The notes under the pieces were generated by a model. It did no database searches and was not told the origin of the DNA. It saw nothing but the letters and a program-made list of their open reading frames with translations. Positions 36,773-49,015 of a stretch of 64,000 bases of DNA are shown piece after piece (position 1 is the first letter of the stretch; the number at the start of each line of letters is the position of its first letter). The position numbers were made by a program, and so were the translations under genes. Source of the DNA: Malacoraja senta (lineage: Eukaryota); the NCBI GenBank assembly GCA_038087875.1, contig CM075988.1, positions 23,314,001 through 23,378,000 on the forward strand. The letters are read 5' to 3'.

Positions 36773-39700
36773 TTCTGTCAATGGGAGCACAATAATGTGT
36801 TTGGCATTGTTTGCATTATCACATCATACTTTGCCAACAAAGTGAAACCTTCACCATACATTATTTTCTCTCTCTCAACTGCAGAAGCTTATGCTTCCTT
36901 TAAAATATGTTTCAAGAATCTACATTTTCTTGTATCAAAATGTACCTGTTTTCTGTAGACACAAGAAGCTGCAGATGCAGACTTACCAAATAAGGCACAA
37001 ATTCCAGAGTAACTCAACGGGTCAGGCAGCATCTCTGGAGAACATGGATAGGTGACATTCCAGGTCGAGACCCTTCTTCAGACTCCTAGATGATGTTTTG
37101 TGTTGGAGCCTTTCTTCAGATTCAGAAGGAGGGTTGTGACCTGAAACGTCACCTATCCATGTTCTCCAGAGATGCTGCCTGACCTGTTGAGTTTCTCCAG
37201 AATGTTGTCTTATTTTGTACATGTTTTCTGTTGTGAATTGGAAAACAAGGATATTTTGAATCTAATGTCAAGTAAACCATTGTTTTTTTGTTTAGAATAC
37301 TCCCAATTCACAAAAAGACATTCAATCTAAGAAAATCTGTAAGCTTCCCCACCACTGATCAGTTGTAAATCAGACTGAAGGACTCATGACTTGTCATCCC
37401 CTCTTCATGTTAATGGAGAAATGTCCTTGGGAAATCTGTAAGATATTATTTTCTTACAATATGAAAATACTGGAAATACTCAGCAGGTCGGGCAGCATCT
37501 GTGGAAAGTGATGGAGGATTTTCTCCCTGAAACGCTAACTGACTCTTTCTCTTTTTTACAGATGCTACCTAATCTGAATAGGGTGCAGAGAAGATTTAAG
37601 AGGATATTGCCAGGATTCGAGGGCCTGAGCTACTCCTGAGGTATGGCTGAAATATAGGGCACTTTCCCATTACAAATATATCATTGTTACTTAAGTCTTA
37701 TCATGTCAATTTTACACAGTGAGTGATGTGGATGTTATTAACAATGGATTGTAATGCATAAGCATTCCTTGTTGATGTTGTTCATTGGCTCAGAAGATAA
37801 ATTCAAGCCCAACGATTGACATTCAACCACTGTAAATTCGATTGAATGCTGTTCTTAGATGATCTTACTGCCTTGAGGATTGAATTCCATGGCGATCGAT
37901 AGTTCTCTGAAACTATGATATAATTATCTTACTGTCAGCTTCATTTTTATTTATTCTCGATGGGTATCAGAAAAATACACTTTTTTTTGTCATGCGAAAT
38001 AGATCCCGTACCAACGGGATGACGATATCTGAATGTAGAAATCTTCTGATGTTGGAATAATAAAACTGGTAGATTGGGTCAGAGTGTTGTGAACAGTCGA
38101 GGGACATACCCATTGTGGACACACAGTGCTGGAGTAAGTCAGCGTCTCTGAGAACATGGTCGCGACCCTTCTTCACATCTCCATAGTACTGGGTATCTCT
38201 ACAATGCTCCATGTTACAAACACTCAAGATCCTCAATGAGAAAGAAATTCACCTCATCTCAAAAACCAAATGGCGGTGGTGGGAGTGTGAGCGGGAGTGA
38301 CACCTTGCTTTTAAACGATGATTGTCCCATAACTGGAGACATCTTCTCTGCCTTCAATTAAAATACGTTGGTTGTGAAGAATGGGATACTTCATTACAAG
38401 ATGCACTCTTTCATCAGATACAACCAAGCCAGCCATAAGTGGGAATTCCAGTGAGACAGTGGATAAACATTCAGATACAACCAGGATTAGATACGACAAC
38501 AGCTTGCATTTACAAAGCACTTCCAACACCGCAAAACATCCCAGCCACTTTGTGCTGCCAATCAAATATGATATAAAGCAGGAACCAATAACCAAACCCT
38601 GATCAGTAAAGGGATTATCTTAAAAGGAACAAGAAGAGATGGGATCGTAGATTTGGAGATACAGGAAGGTTTAGGTAGGTCCAGATCCTTGGACCTAGTC
38701 AGCTGAATGTAACACAGTGGATGGAAATTTACATGCAGGAGAACTGACTGAATTCAAGGATTTCAAAGCTTTCTTTTACACTCCCTTGAAAATTAAATGA
38801 CCAGTACAGGGACGTGGATAGGGCAGGTTTAGAGGGATATGGGCCAAAAGCAGGCTGGTGGGACTAATGTAGATGGGGCATGTTGGGCAAGTTGGGCCAA
38901 AGGGCCTGTTTCCACGCTCTAAGACCCTCTGACTATGATTAATGGATAATGTATTTTTTGTTCATGCATCAGATAAACTCTAGACATGGGGCTGCATTTC
39001 ATTCCCACGGACAGTCTAGAGTTGGAACAGATTACTGCATCTGTCAAGACCTCTTCGCAACTGTGCAGAAGAATTTGTTGTTATGCCTGGTACAGTTACT
39101 CATTTTGGAAGATTGCTAAGTAAGCACTCATGGAAATGTCTTAACATAAAGTTTCAGCCCGTCTAAGAGGGACATCACTTTTTCCAGAAGTGAGCATGAG
39201 CTACCTAAACCAGCATCAACATATGTGGTCGGGAAGGCCTACAGATTCTCTAGAGCTTTTGGACTTTGGAGATAGAGTGAGGAAATAGGCCCTTCGGCCC
39301 ACCGAGTCCACGCCGACCAGCAATGGCCCAGTACACTAGGATTATCCTACATACTCGGGACAATTTGCAATTTTACAGAAATTCACACAAAGGGTGGTGG
39401 GTGTATGGAACAGGCTGCCAGATGAGGTAGTTGAGGATGGGACTATCCGAACGTTTAAGAAGCAGTTAAGACAGGTACATGGATTGGGCAGGTTTGGAGG
39501 GATATGAGCCAAGTGCAGGCAGGTGGGATTAGTGTAGATGGGACATGTTGGTCAGTGTGGGCAAGTTGGGCCGAAGGGCCTGTTTCCACACTGTATCTGT
39601 CCAACATGGCTCTAATTAACCAACAAAACCTGTACATCTTTGAAGTGTGGGAGGAAACCGAAGCACCCGGAGAAAACCCTCGTGGACACGGGGAGAACGT

Positions 39701-40935
39701 ACAAACTCCGTACAGACAGTACCCATAGTCAGGATTGAACCTGGGCCTCTGGCGCGATAAGGCAGCAACTCAACCACTGCACCACCGTGCCACCCACACA
39801 CTACTCCAAATGTGGCTTGACCGTCATCTTGTGGAGCTGCAAGACGGCATCCCAATGCCTGAGTTCAATACTCCGACCGATGAAGGTAAGTGTGCCAAAC
39901 GCCGCCTTCACAGCCTGTCCACCTTTGTCACCACTTTTGTGGAACTGTTTTCCTGCACCCTCGTCTCTCTGTTCTACCACTTTCTCATTGCCTTTGGCTG
40001 CTTCTGTTTTCCACATATTCCTTTCATTGTTGTCGTGATTCTCCGATTAACTTTGTGCAGCTTTGGATTTCTGTCTCCATTTCATTCCTAATTTCCACGC
40101 TTCCCCCTGCCCCCTCCTCCCCCTCCTCTCCCATTCCCCTTCTCATGCTGTGATCTTTCTCAATGCGTCCCTTTATGAGTTTAATTTTTCCTTAATCCCC
40201 GTGTCCGGAGTTTAGACAAGAACATCTGACATGATTTCTTTTCAGATTTTTTAAATATTTTACACTGAACTCTCTCATCTGTCACCAAGGACTTCCCCCA
40301 GAGATTTGTACATGTTGAGGATATTCCTATGACAAATCTTAGACAGCAGATGTCCTATGTAATAGTCATTGTAGTGCAAGTAATCCTGATATTCCATATG
40401 CCATGTCTTCGCTCTCTGTTGGTCTGTCAGACAGTCATTCAAGGGATTCACAAATATGAGGCTTTGTCACCCTCATTGTTCAAAATTGTTATTTTTCTTT
40501 AGCTATATTTTCAATATGATCTCAAAATTGTGCCAAAACGTCACAATACCGATTGTTAACAGCAAACCCTTAAATAGGGTGGATGAAACATTTTAGCTTA
40601 GTTAGTGCGATCAAATCATTGAATATTTCCCCGCACTATATATCTCCTTCCAGTGCATCAATATTGATGCATCAATGGCATCAGGCCACTCTCGAGGCTA
40701 TTGTGATAGTCACAGAGTTATACGGCAGAAAAACAGGCCCTTTGGCCCAACTTGTCCAAGTCCAATAGGTGCCTTCCTCAGCTAATCCTACTTACCTCCA
40801 TTTGAGCTAAATCCTCTAGTCATAGAATCATACAGCGTGGAAACAGACCCTTCGGCCCAACTTGCTCATGCCGACCAACATGTCCCTTCTGCAATAGTCC
40901 CACCTGCCTGCATTTGGCCCATATCCCTCTAAACC

Positions 40936-41135
40936 NNNNNNNNNNNNNNNNNNNNNNNNNNNNNNNNNNNNNNNNNNNNNNNNNNNNNNNNNNNNNNNNN
41001 NNNNNNNNNNNNNNNNNNNNNNNNNNNNNNNNNNNNNNNNNNNNNNNNNNNNNNNNNNNNNNNNNNNNNNNNNNNNNNNNNNNNNNNNNNNNNNNNNNNN
41101 NNNNNNNNNNNNNNNNNNNNNNNNNNNNNNNNNNN
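40936..41135. other. Assembly gap (200 N)
   Basis: Run of 200 N; the round length suggests a placeholder of unknown true size. Confidence 0.99.
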
Positions 41136-42133
41136 CTGGACAATTTTGATTTCCCATCCACTTTCTCCTCCATCAGTACTTGACTCCACAAACACCGGCT
41201 GCCTTCAGTCCCTCCGACTAGCGACTGAGTAATCACCGCGAGTCATACTTTAGTTTAGTTTAGAGATACAGCACGGAAACAGGCCCTTCGGCCCACCGCG
41301 CCGACCAGCGATCCCCACACACTAACACTAACCTACACACACTAGGGACAGTTTTTACATTTATACCAAGCCAATTAACCTACAAACCTGTATGTCTTAG
41401 GCGGGTGGGAGGAAACTGAAGATCTTGAAGAAAACCCACGCAGGTCACGGGGAGAACGTACAAACTCCGTACAGACAGCACCCGTAGTCGGGATGGAACC
41501 CGGGTCTCTGGCGCTGCTAGCGCTGTAAGGCAGCAACTCTATCGCTGTGCCACCGTGCCGCCCGATAATCATAAAGATACAGCATGGAACCAGGCCCTTC
41601 TGCCCCACAGGAGTGGTGCTGCTGCCAGCCCGCCACACCTCTAACAGTGGGAACAGCCGAGGTCCTGAACCATCTGCTGCCGATGGCTTTGCATCTTTAC
41701 TAGTTACACATCGTTGCAGGTTTTGTTTAGCTTTGCTGCGGATGGTGGAAAGGTTAACGGATCTCTTTGCCAGTGTCTAATTTTAACCTTAACACCAATG
41801 TACACAACATGTTTGATGCTGAGAGCAAGTCAGCTGATTGCCAGCCAGTGAGGATAAACAGCATGAATGCAGCTATTGAGAGCTCGCTGCCAAAAATGTC
41901 AAGGCTGATTTTGTTCCAAACAGGCTGTGAGACTCACTTAAAATCTCCTGTCAAGGAGCAAATGGAGAGCAGGCGGGGAGAGGGTGGTCAGGCATACATT
42001 CCTGCAACTGGTACCAGTTGAACAAATTCACATGTCCTTAATTGGTAACATCTGGATCCAGCTGTACCGACTGTGTGTGAGTGCGTGGATGCCTCTGTAT
42101 CAGAGTGTTTGGGCACATGTGTGTATGTGCATA

Positions 42134-42430
42134 CAGTGCCCTCTACAATGTTTGGGACAAAGACCCATCATTTATTTATTTGCCTCTGTACCTCACAATT
42201 TGAGATTTGTAATAGAAAAAAAATCACATGCGGTTAAAGTACACATTGTCAGATTTTAATTAAGGCCATTTTTATACATTTTGGTTTCACCATGTAGAAA
42301 TTACAGCAGTGTTTATACATAGTCCCCCCCATTTCAGGGGATTTCTTTCTATTACAAATCTCAAATTGTGGAGTACAGAGGCAAATAAATAAATGATGTG
42401 TCTTTGTCCCAAACATTATAGAGGGCACTG
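42134..42430. mobile_element. Internally deleted Tc1-like non-autonomous element
   Basis: TA|CAGTGCCCTCTACAATGTTTGGGACAAAG...CTTTGTCCCAAACATTATAGAGGGCACTG; ~85-bp inverted termini; lies in a TG-rich tract. Confidence 0.85.
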
Positions 42431-42590
42431 TGTGTATGTGTGTGTTCATCCATGTGCCGTATCTATGTATGTACGTGTATTAGTGCATGCATGTGTCTCT
42501 CCGTGCTGTGAGTGTGAGTGCGTGTGTGTGGCTAACTCAATGGGTCATTTATTTAATCTACTCTAAATGACCATTTCTGTCCAACCCTTA

Positions 42591-42816
42591 AGGGCCTGTC
42601 CCACTTGGAGATTTTTTCAGCGACTGCCTGCATCATTGACTGACGTATCAGGTCACCGAAAAATTCGCGGGGTGTCGACGTATTGGCGCGCGGTGTTTTT
42701 TCAAGCGTCGCAACATTCTTTTTGTCGCCGCTGGATTTTGAAATGTTCAAAATCTTTTGGCGACACTGATATGACGCCGGCAGTCGCCGAAAAAGTCGCC
42801 AAGTGGGACAGGCCCT
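42591..42816. mobile_element. Harbinger-like MITE
   Basis: AGGGCCTGTCCCACTTGG...CCAAGTGGGACAGGCCCT with TTA TSD. Confidence 0.85.
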
Positions 42817-43684
42817 TTAGTTTCTCAGGTTTTTCCTTCAAATTCTGTTTGGGGATTTAATGTGCTTTGCAAGGCAAAAGATCAGAGTTTCCCCCAGCCC
42901 AATGGCTGGACCATTGCACTGCCGGTCAGATTGAACCAATGCCCTGCCTCTCCCAGATGGGCCGGAAGAAGGGTCAGCACGGTGGCGCAGCGGTAGAGTT
43001 GCTGCCTTACAGCGCTAGTGTGACCCGGGTTCGATCCTGACTACGGGTGCTGTCTGTACGGAGTTTGTACGTTCTCCCTGTGACCACATGGGTTTTCTCC
43101 GAGATCTTCGGTTTCATAGAAACATAGAAAATAGGTGCAGGAGGAGGCCACTCGGCCCTTCGAGCCAGCACCGCCATTCATTGTGATCATGGCTGATCGT
43201 CCCCTATCAATATCCCGTGCCTGCCTTCTCCCCATATCCCTTGACTCCACTAGCCCCTAGAGCTCTATCTAACTCTCTTAAATCCATCCAGTGACTTGGC
43301 CTCCACTGCCCTCTGTGGCAGGGAATTCCACAAATTCACAACTCTCTGGGTGAAAAAGTCTTTTCTCACCAGTCTTAAATGACGTCCCCTTTATTCCCAC
43401 ACTCCAAAGATGTCCAGGTTTGTAGGTTAATTGGCTTCTGTAAATTGTCCCTAGTGTGTAGGATAGTGTATGGTGATCGCTGGTCGGCGAGGACTCAGTG
43501 GGCTAGGAAGATCTCTATCATCCCTAAAATAGATTCCCTGATCCTTATCACATTGTTTGGGAGCTTGTGCACAAGTTGGTTTATAAAAAAGGCCGATATT
43601 TAAATTCCTTGCACAGCTGGAAAGGCTTTGGGATTTCCAAGGGTTGTGTTGGAGCTATAAATGCACGCAAGTCCTTTCTTTTTT

Positions 43685-44050
43685 TCTGAAACTGATGTGC
43701 CACCGTCTCCAGCTCGCCTGATTAACCCACAAATCGGTTCGGCAGGGGAACCTAACTGAAGCTTGAATTTAGGATTAGATGAAGAGTTATACTTTATAAC
43801 CTACGAACCTATCTCCAATGATGTATTATCAGTAAATTAATCCACTCTTTTTTTTTATCTTGACATTTGTGTTTTCTTTTTTTCTCTTCTCTCTCTCTTT
43901 CTCACTTTTTATCTATAAATAAAAACTAGAAGCAGAATCAATCCACAATTGATAATATTAATAATGTATGATTGATATACATGAAATGTTTTTATCATAA
44001 TATGTCTTTGCTTCTAATAAAAATATTATTATTAAAAAATAAAAAATAAA
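43685..44050 (+). mobile_element. Probable L1-type 3' UTR and A-rich tail just upstream of MCAM exon 2
   Basis: T-rich tract, CTTCTAATAAAA and A-rich tail similar in layout to 55882-56223. Confidence 0.5.
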
Positions 44051-44134
44051 GTTATTTCCAGGGCAGGAAGGAAATTGAGAGCTGCAGAGAAAATATTCTG
44101 GAGGCAAATAAATGTCTTTGTTCTTTGTCCACAG

Positions 44135-44262
44135 GAATAATCGCCACTGTTCAAGTTTCTACACGACCTGTACTGGAGGCAGAGATCAAGAAAGCCATCA
44201 GCATTCCATGTGTCCCGACGATTTCCACCCCAAACACAATGAAATACGTCCAGTGGTTTGTT
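44135..44262 (+). CDS. MCAM: MCAM/CD146-like exon 2, first half of V-type Ig domain 1
   Basis: ttctttgtccacag|GA...GTT|gtgagt; 128 nt, phase 1 to 0; (G)IIATVQVSTRPVLEAEIKKAISIPCVPTISTPNTMKYVQWFV with B-strand Cys and C-strand Trp. Absent from the ORF track in this frame. Confidence 0.85.
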
Positions 44263-44371
44263 GTGAGTATGATCAACATGTTCCTTACCAGCTGATCCAT
44301 TGCACGGTGCCCCAGGCACTGATGGAGTCCCCAATGTTGGGCCTATGACTGGGAGACTGACCCCCCCACAG

Positions 44372-44882
44372 TGTGTGAGAAAGAACTGCAGATGCTGGTT
44401 TAAATCGAAGGTAGACACAAAATGCTGGAGTAACTCAGCGGGTGAGGCAGCATCTCTGGAGAGAAGGAATGGGCGACGTTTCAGGTCGAGACCCTTCTTC
44501 AGACTGATGTCAGGGGAGGGGGGGCGGGACAAAAATAGAACGTAGGCGGAGACAGTAAGGCTAGTGGGAGAACTGGGATGGGGAAGGGGATGGAGAGAGA
44601 AAACAAGGCCTATCTGAAGTTATGATGCCCGGAGCTGTGGGAGAGCCAGAGAAGGCTTCAGAGAATAACTTCAGATAGCCCTTGCTTTCTCTCTCTATCC
44701 CCTTCCCCATCCCAGTTCTCCCACAAGTCTTACTGTCTCCAACTACATTCAATCTTTGTCCTGCCCCCCCTCCCCTGACATCAGTCTGAAGAAGGGTCAC
44801 GACCTGAAACGTCGCCCATTCCTTCTCTCCAGAGATGCCGCCTGTCCCGCTGAGTTACTCCAGCATTTTGTGTCGCCCTTCG
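44372..44882. mobile_element. Inverted pair of Penelope terminal repeats
   Basis: 44405-44622 is the approximate reverse complement of 44665-44882. Other terminal-repeat copies at ~290, 570, 2240, 8500, 11010, 11910, 15805, 18900, 22330, 24215, 28340, 29080, 30140, 33020, 36960, 46430, 49105-49580, 57325, 59761, 63000. Confidence 0.88.
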
Positions 44883-45377
44883 TCACCGTACATAGAGCAG
44901 CTCATCTTTGTACAGCCTGCCACAACATGGTTTTAGTTTTTAAGTAAGGTACAGCGCAGAAACAGACCCTTCGGCCCATTGAGTCCGTGCCGACTCACAG
45001 ATCACCCGTGCACTAGTTCTATCCTACACACTAGCGACAATTTACAGAAGCCAATTAACCTGCACGTCCTTAGAATGTCCAGGAAGAATGTACAAACTCC
45101 ATACAGACAGCGCACGTGGTCAGGATCGAACAGGGGTCTCTGGCAACTGTCCCACTGCACCCCTGTACCTGTTTTTGTATTCATTACCAATCCCACAATA
45201 ATAACGGTCGATAGTGTAGCTTTATTCTTGTGTGACTGACTGCCCGACTTAGATGGTGGAGTCTGCTGTTCTGTACCAGGTTGACATCTTAGTCTAGTTG
45301 CTGTGGGTGCTGGAGGACACCTTTACATTCGGAGACAGCCAATATGTATTTCTATCCATCATTTGACACGTAGTTTA

Positions 45378-46417
45378 TAGCAATGTTACAAAATTTTGAG
45401 ATTTAAAAAATAAAGTCTGCAATTTATCCCATCAGATAAAGCATAAAAAGAAGTTTAATTTGACACTTAATTCACTTTCATATCTTCAGTATTAAAAAGG
45501 TTATGGCCATTATCATACTCAGAAATTAGCATCTTGTTCCCTATTGCTTTTCCATTGACTTAACAAAAGCTGTGATCGAGGACAGTTAAAAGCCCATAAC
45601 CTTCTTAAAAATTATGATAAATGAAAGACATTTTCAGTTATTATAGATTGAAGCATTCTGAAACAAATATGAAACAATCTTACTTCGAAGACATGAAAGT
45701 AAAGCATATAATTAGTTAGTTACCGAATTGTAGCTAATTACAAAATTCAATTACTAGATCTAAACATCTATCAATTTCTTAAGAATAGATTAACATTTTT
45801 AAATAGCCTAAGTGTCCAAATAACATTCACACAATAATTCACAATATAACATAATTTTATAAATCTAATTTTCATGAATTTACAGGCCAAATGGAAGGAA
45901 TTGAATGTTTAATACCTGTAAATTAATGGGCATTTAATTCATCTTGTGAGTGAGGATTTCTGGAACGCGATCTTTTGGAACGTTGATTTGCGGTGAATTT
46001 AACCCCGTATTGGCATGAAAAATACTGCCGTTAATTCGGGGAATAAAATCACCGTGTCGCATGAAAAAATGTGAATTAAAGGCTTCTTAAGAAGCACTTT
46101 TATACATTTAAAGAAACCACTTTCGTTTACCTGTCCCATGCGTGAAATCCGTCCCCGTTATCGGCGTTGATGCTTCTGGAGCTGCTTTTAAAATTACTCT
46201 AGCGCTGACATTGACGATTTAATAAAAATAAAAAATTTACAAATCGCCACTAGAAACGATTTGTCAGCCAACGCTTGTACTCCAACAAAATATTAACCGG
46301 GACAAGGGAGGAGAAACCCGCGTTTTAACCCCGCCCCCCCTTAAAGGCGCCAAAATCGCGCACACGGCCAGTGGCAGAATTACAGCGCGACTGAAGGTAA
46401 GTTTTGTAACATACCTA
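45378..46417. mobile_element. Non-autonomous TIR DNA transposon of uncertain superfamily (~1040 bp)
   Basis: TAGCAATGTTACAAAA...TTTTGTAACATACCTA imperfect TIR; flanked by TAGTTTA on both sides; no long ORF. Confidence 0.7.
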
Positions 46418-46889
46418 TAGTTTAGTTTAGACAGTCTAAAGAAAGCTCTCGATCTGAAACGTCACTCTTTCCTTCTCTCCAGACTTGCTGCCTGTCCCGC
46501 TGAGTTACTCCTGCATTCTGTGTCTATCTTCGGTTTAAACCAGCATCTGCAGTTCCTTCCTACACAGTAGTTCAGTTTGGTTCAGAGATACGGCGCAGAA
46601 ACAGGTCCTTCAGCCCACAACGTTTGCACCGACCCGCGATCCCCGTACACTTTCGCTATCCTACACACTAGAAGACAATTTACAACCAAATCCAATGAAC
46701 CTACAAACCTGTACGTCTTTGGGATGTGGGAGAGAACTGGAGCACCTGGAGGAAACCCATGCGGTCGCAGGGTGAACGTGCAAACTCCGTACAGACAGCA
46801 CCCATAGTTAGAATCGTACCCGGGCCTCTGGCGCTGTGAGGCAGCAACTCTACCGCTGCGCCATCGTGCTGCCCCACGTAGTCAGGAAC

Positions 46890-47075
46890 AATAATAATAA
46901 TAATAATAGATTTTATTTAAGGGCGCCTATACAAAAGTCTCAAGGACACCTTACAAAATTTAACAAAGAAACATATAATCAGAGTAAAATAAGTTATAAA
47001 GACATCACCAATACATAAATTAAAAACAGAAATTCGATCCAAAAAAGACAACAACAAAATTCAGAAACACAATGT
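46890..47075 (-). mobile_element. L2-type 3' tail with (ATT)n
   Basis: GTAAGGTGTCCTTGAG...AGGCGCCCTTAAATAAAATCTATTATTATT on minus. Confidence 0.6.
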
Positions 47076-47809
47076 GATTCCATGGATGTATTTTGCTGGA
47101 ACGTGGGTTAACATTTTATTGACAATGTGGGCTGCGAGGATATGTCACGCATAAGCCATGTTGCATTCATTAGAGATTGGTTGATGAAGAGGTATCTCCT
47201 GATCCAAAATGTCCGTGCTCAGCAAACACTGGGAGATTGGAAACAAGTACTCAGTTGTTCAGCATTAGTTCCACCCATGGCTTGTGTTTCACGAGGGATT
47301 GAAGCCAAGGTCATCTGTGTGATGGCTTCCCAATTCTCACTGAGAGTCCGTCCCGAATCCTGACCTTACACTGTGGCCTCCGGCACTGAGCTTCTCCTTT
47401 GTGGCTGTTTAGCACAGAGTTGGCACCCAATGTGCACATTCTTGGAGAACATCGTGTAGCAGCTGAGAGAAGCAGCAAGACAGAGTTCAGACTGGGTCTT
47501 TTGCAAGTGGCCAGAGGTGGACTGAATTAAGGCAAGAATAAAAGGACATACCATTAGATTGGTAGATGAGAAGGACTTTCTTTAGCCATTGCCACAGACA
47601 GCTGTGGCAGACGTATTCACGTATTGTCTTTCTGCTGACTGGTTAGCACGCAACAATAGCTTTCCACTACCTGGGTACACGTGACAATAAATTAAACTCA
47701 AACTCAAACTGTGCAGAACAAGTCAGTGGATATTTTTATGGCGGAGTTTAGTAAAGTTGTCAGTGGTTATGGGGCGAAGGCAGCAGAACGGGGTTGAGAG
47801 GGAACGATA

Positions 47810-48670
47810 GATAGACAATAGACAATAGGTGCAGGAGTAGGCCATTTGGCCCTTCGAGCCAGCACCGCCATTCAATGTGATCATGGCTGATCATCCCCAA
47901 TCAGTACCCCGTTCCTGCCTTCTCCCCATATCCCCTGACTCCGCTATTTTTAAGAGCCCTCTCTAGCTCTCTCTTGAAAGCATCCAGAGAACCTGCCTCT
48001 GAGGCAGAGAATTCCACAGACTCACCACTCTGTGAGAAAAAGTGTTTCCTCGTCTCCGTTCTAAATGGCTTACTCCTTATTCTTAAACTGTGGCCCCTGG
48101 TTCTGGACTCCCCCAACATCGGGAACATGTTTCCTGCCTCTAGCGTGTCCAAACCCTTAACAATCTTATATGTTTCAATGAGATCCCCTCTCATCCTTCT
48201 AAACTCCAGAGTGTACAAGCCCAGCTGCTCCATTCTCTCAGCATACAACAGTCCCGCCATCCCGGGAATTAACCTTGTAAACCTACGCTGCACTCCCTCA
48301 ATAGCAAGAATGTCGTTCCTCAAATTAGGGGACCGAAACTGCACACAATACTCTAGGTGTGGTCTCACTAGGGCTCTGTACAACTGCAGAAGGACCTCTT
48401 TGCTCCTATATTCGATTCCTCTTGTTATAAAGGCCAACATGCCATTCGCTTTCTTCACTGCCTGCTGTACCTGCATGCTTACTTTCATAGACAGGTGTAC
48501 GAGGATCCCATTGTACTTCCCCTTTTCCCAACTTGACGCCATTTAGATAGCAATCTGCCTTCCTGTTTTTGCTACCAAAGTGGATAACCTCACATTTATC
48601 GGCATTAAACTTCATCTGCCATGTATCTGCCCACTCCCCCAACCCGTCCAAGTCACCCTGCATTCTCATA
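47810..48670 (-). mobile_element. Young CR1 (HER1-type) LINE 3' fragment
   Basis: LYRALVRPHLEYCVQF..., RRMRGDLIETYKI, SRTRGHSLRI, FFSQ; tail CCTACTCCTGCACCTATTGTCTATTGTCTA. Confidence 0.95.
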
Positions 48671-48801
48671 GATCAGTCATGATTGAATGGCACAGTAGAC
48701 TTGATGGGCCGAATGGCCTAAGTTTGCTCTTGTGAACTTAGTCAAGTGCCCAGCATTGCCACTGGGCAAATTTGAAACTCCGAAATTGCGTTTGCTTTCA
48801 G

Positions 48802-49015
48802 ATGGAGAAGAATGCTCGCCAGCGGATCTACTTTCAGGACATGGAGAACAGTACTATTGATCCTGGCACCGACTACACGCATCGAATCCGCGTGGATAAG
48901 ATGTACACTCTGACCATCGACCCCGTCACGCGCAGGGACGAGCGGACCTTTCACTGCCAGGTTGGTGCCGGCCCCGTGGGCAGTGGCGAGGCCGAAACCC
49001 AGCTCAAGATTTACG
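48802..49015 (+). CDS. MCAM: MCAM/CD146-like exon 3, second half of Ig domain 1
   Basis: tttgctttcag|ATG...TACG|gtaag; 214 nt, phase 0 to 1; MEKNARQRIYFQ...YTLTIDPVTRRDERTFHCQVGAGPVGSGEAETQLKIY with DxxxFxC motif. Confidence 0.9.

Noticed and set aside
40820..41236. ORFs containing X runs
   Set aside because: Artefacts of translating through the N gap
42975..43045. tRNA-like box A/box B sequences
   Set aside because: SINE heads continuous with SINE bodies; no full cloverleaf evident
47901..48546. 213-aa and 190-aa ORFs as host genes
   Set aside because: CR1 ORF2 fragment and its antisense shadow
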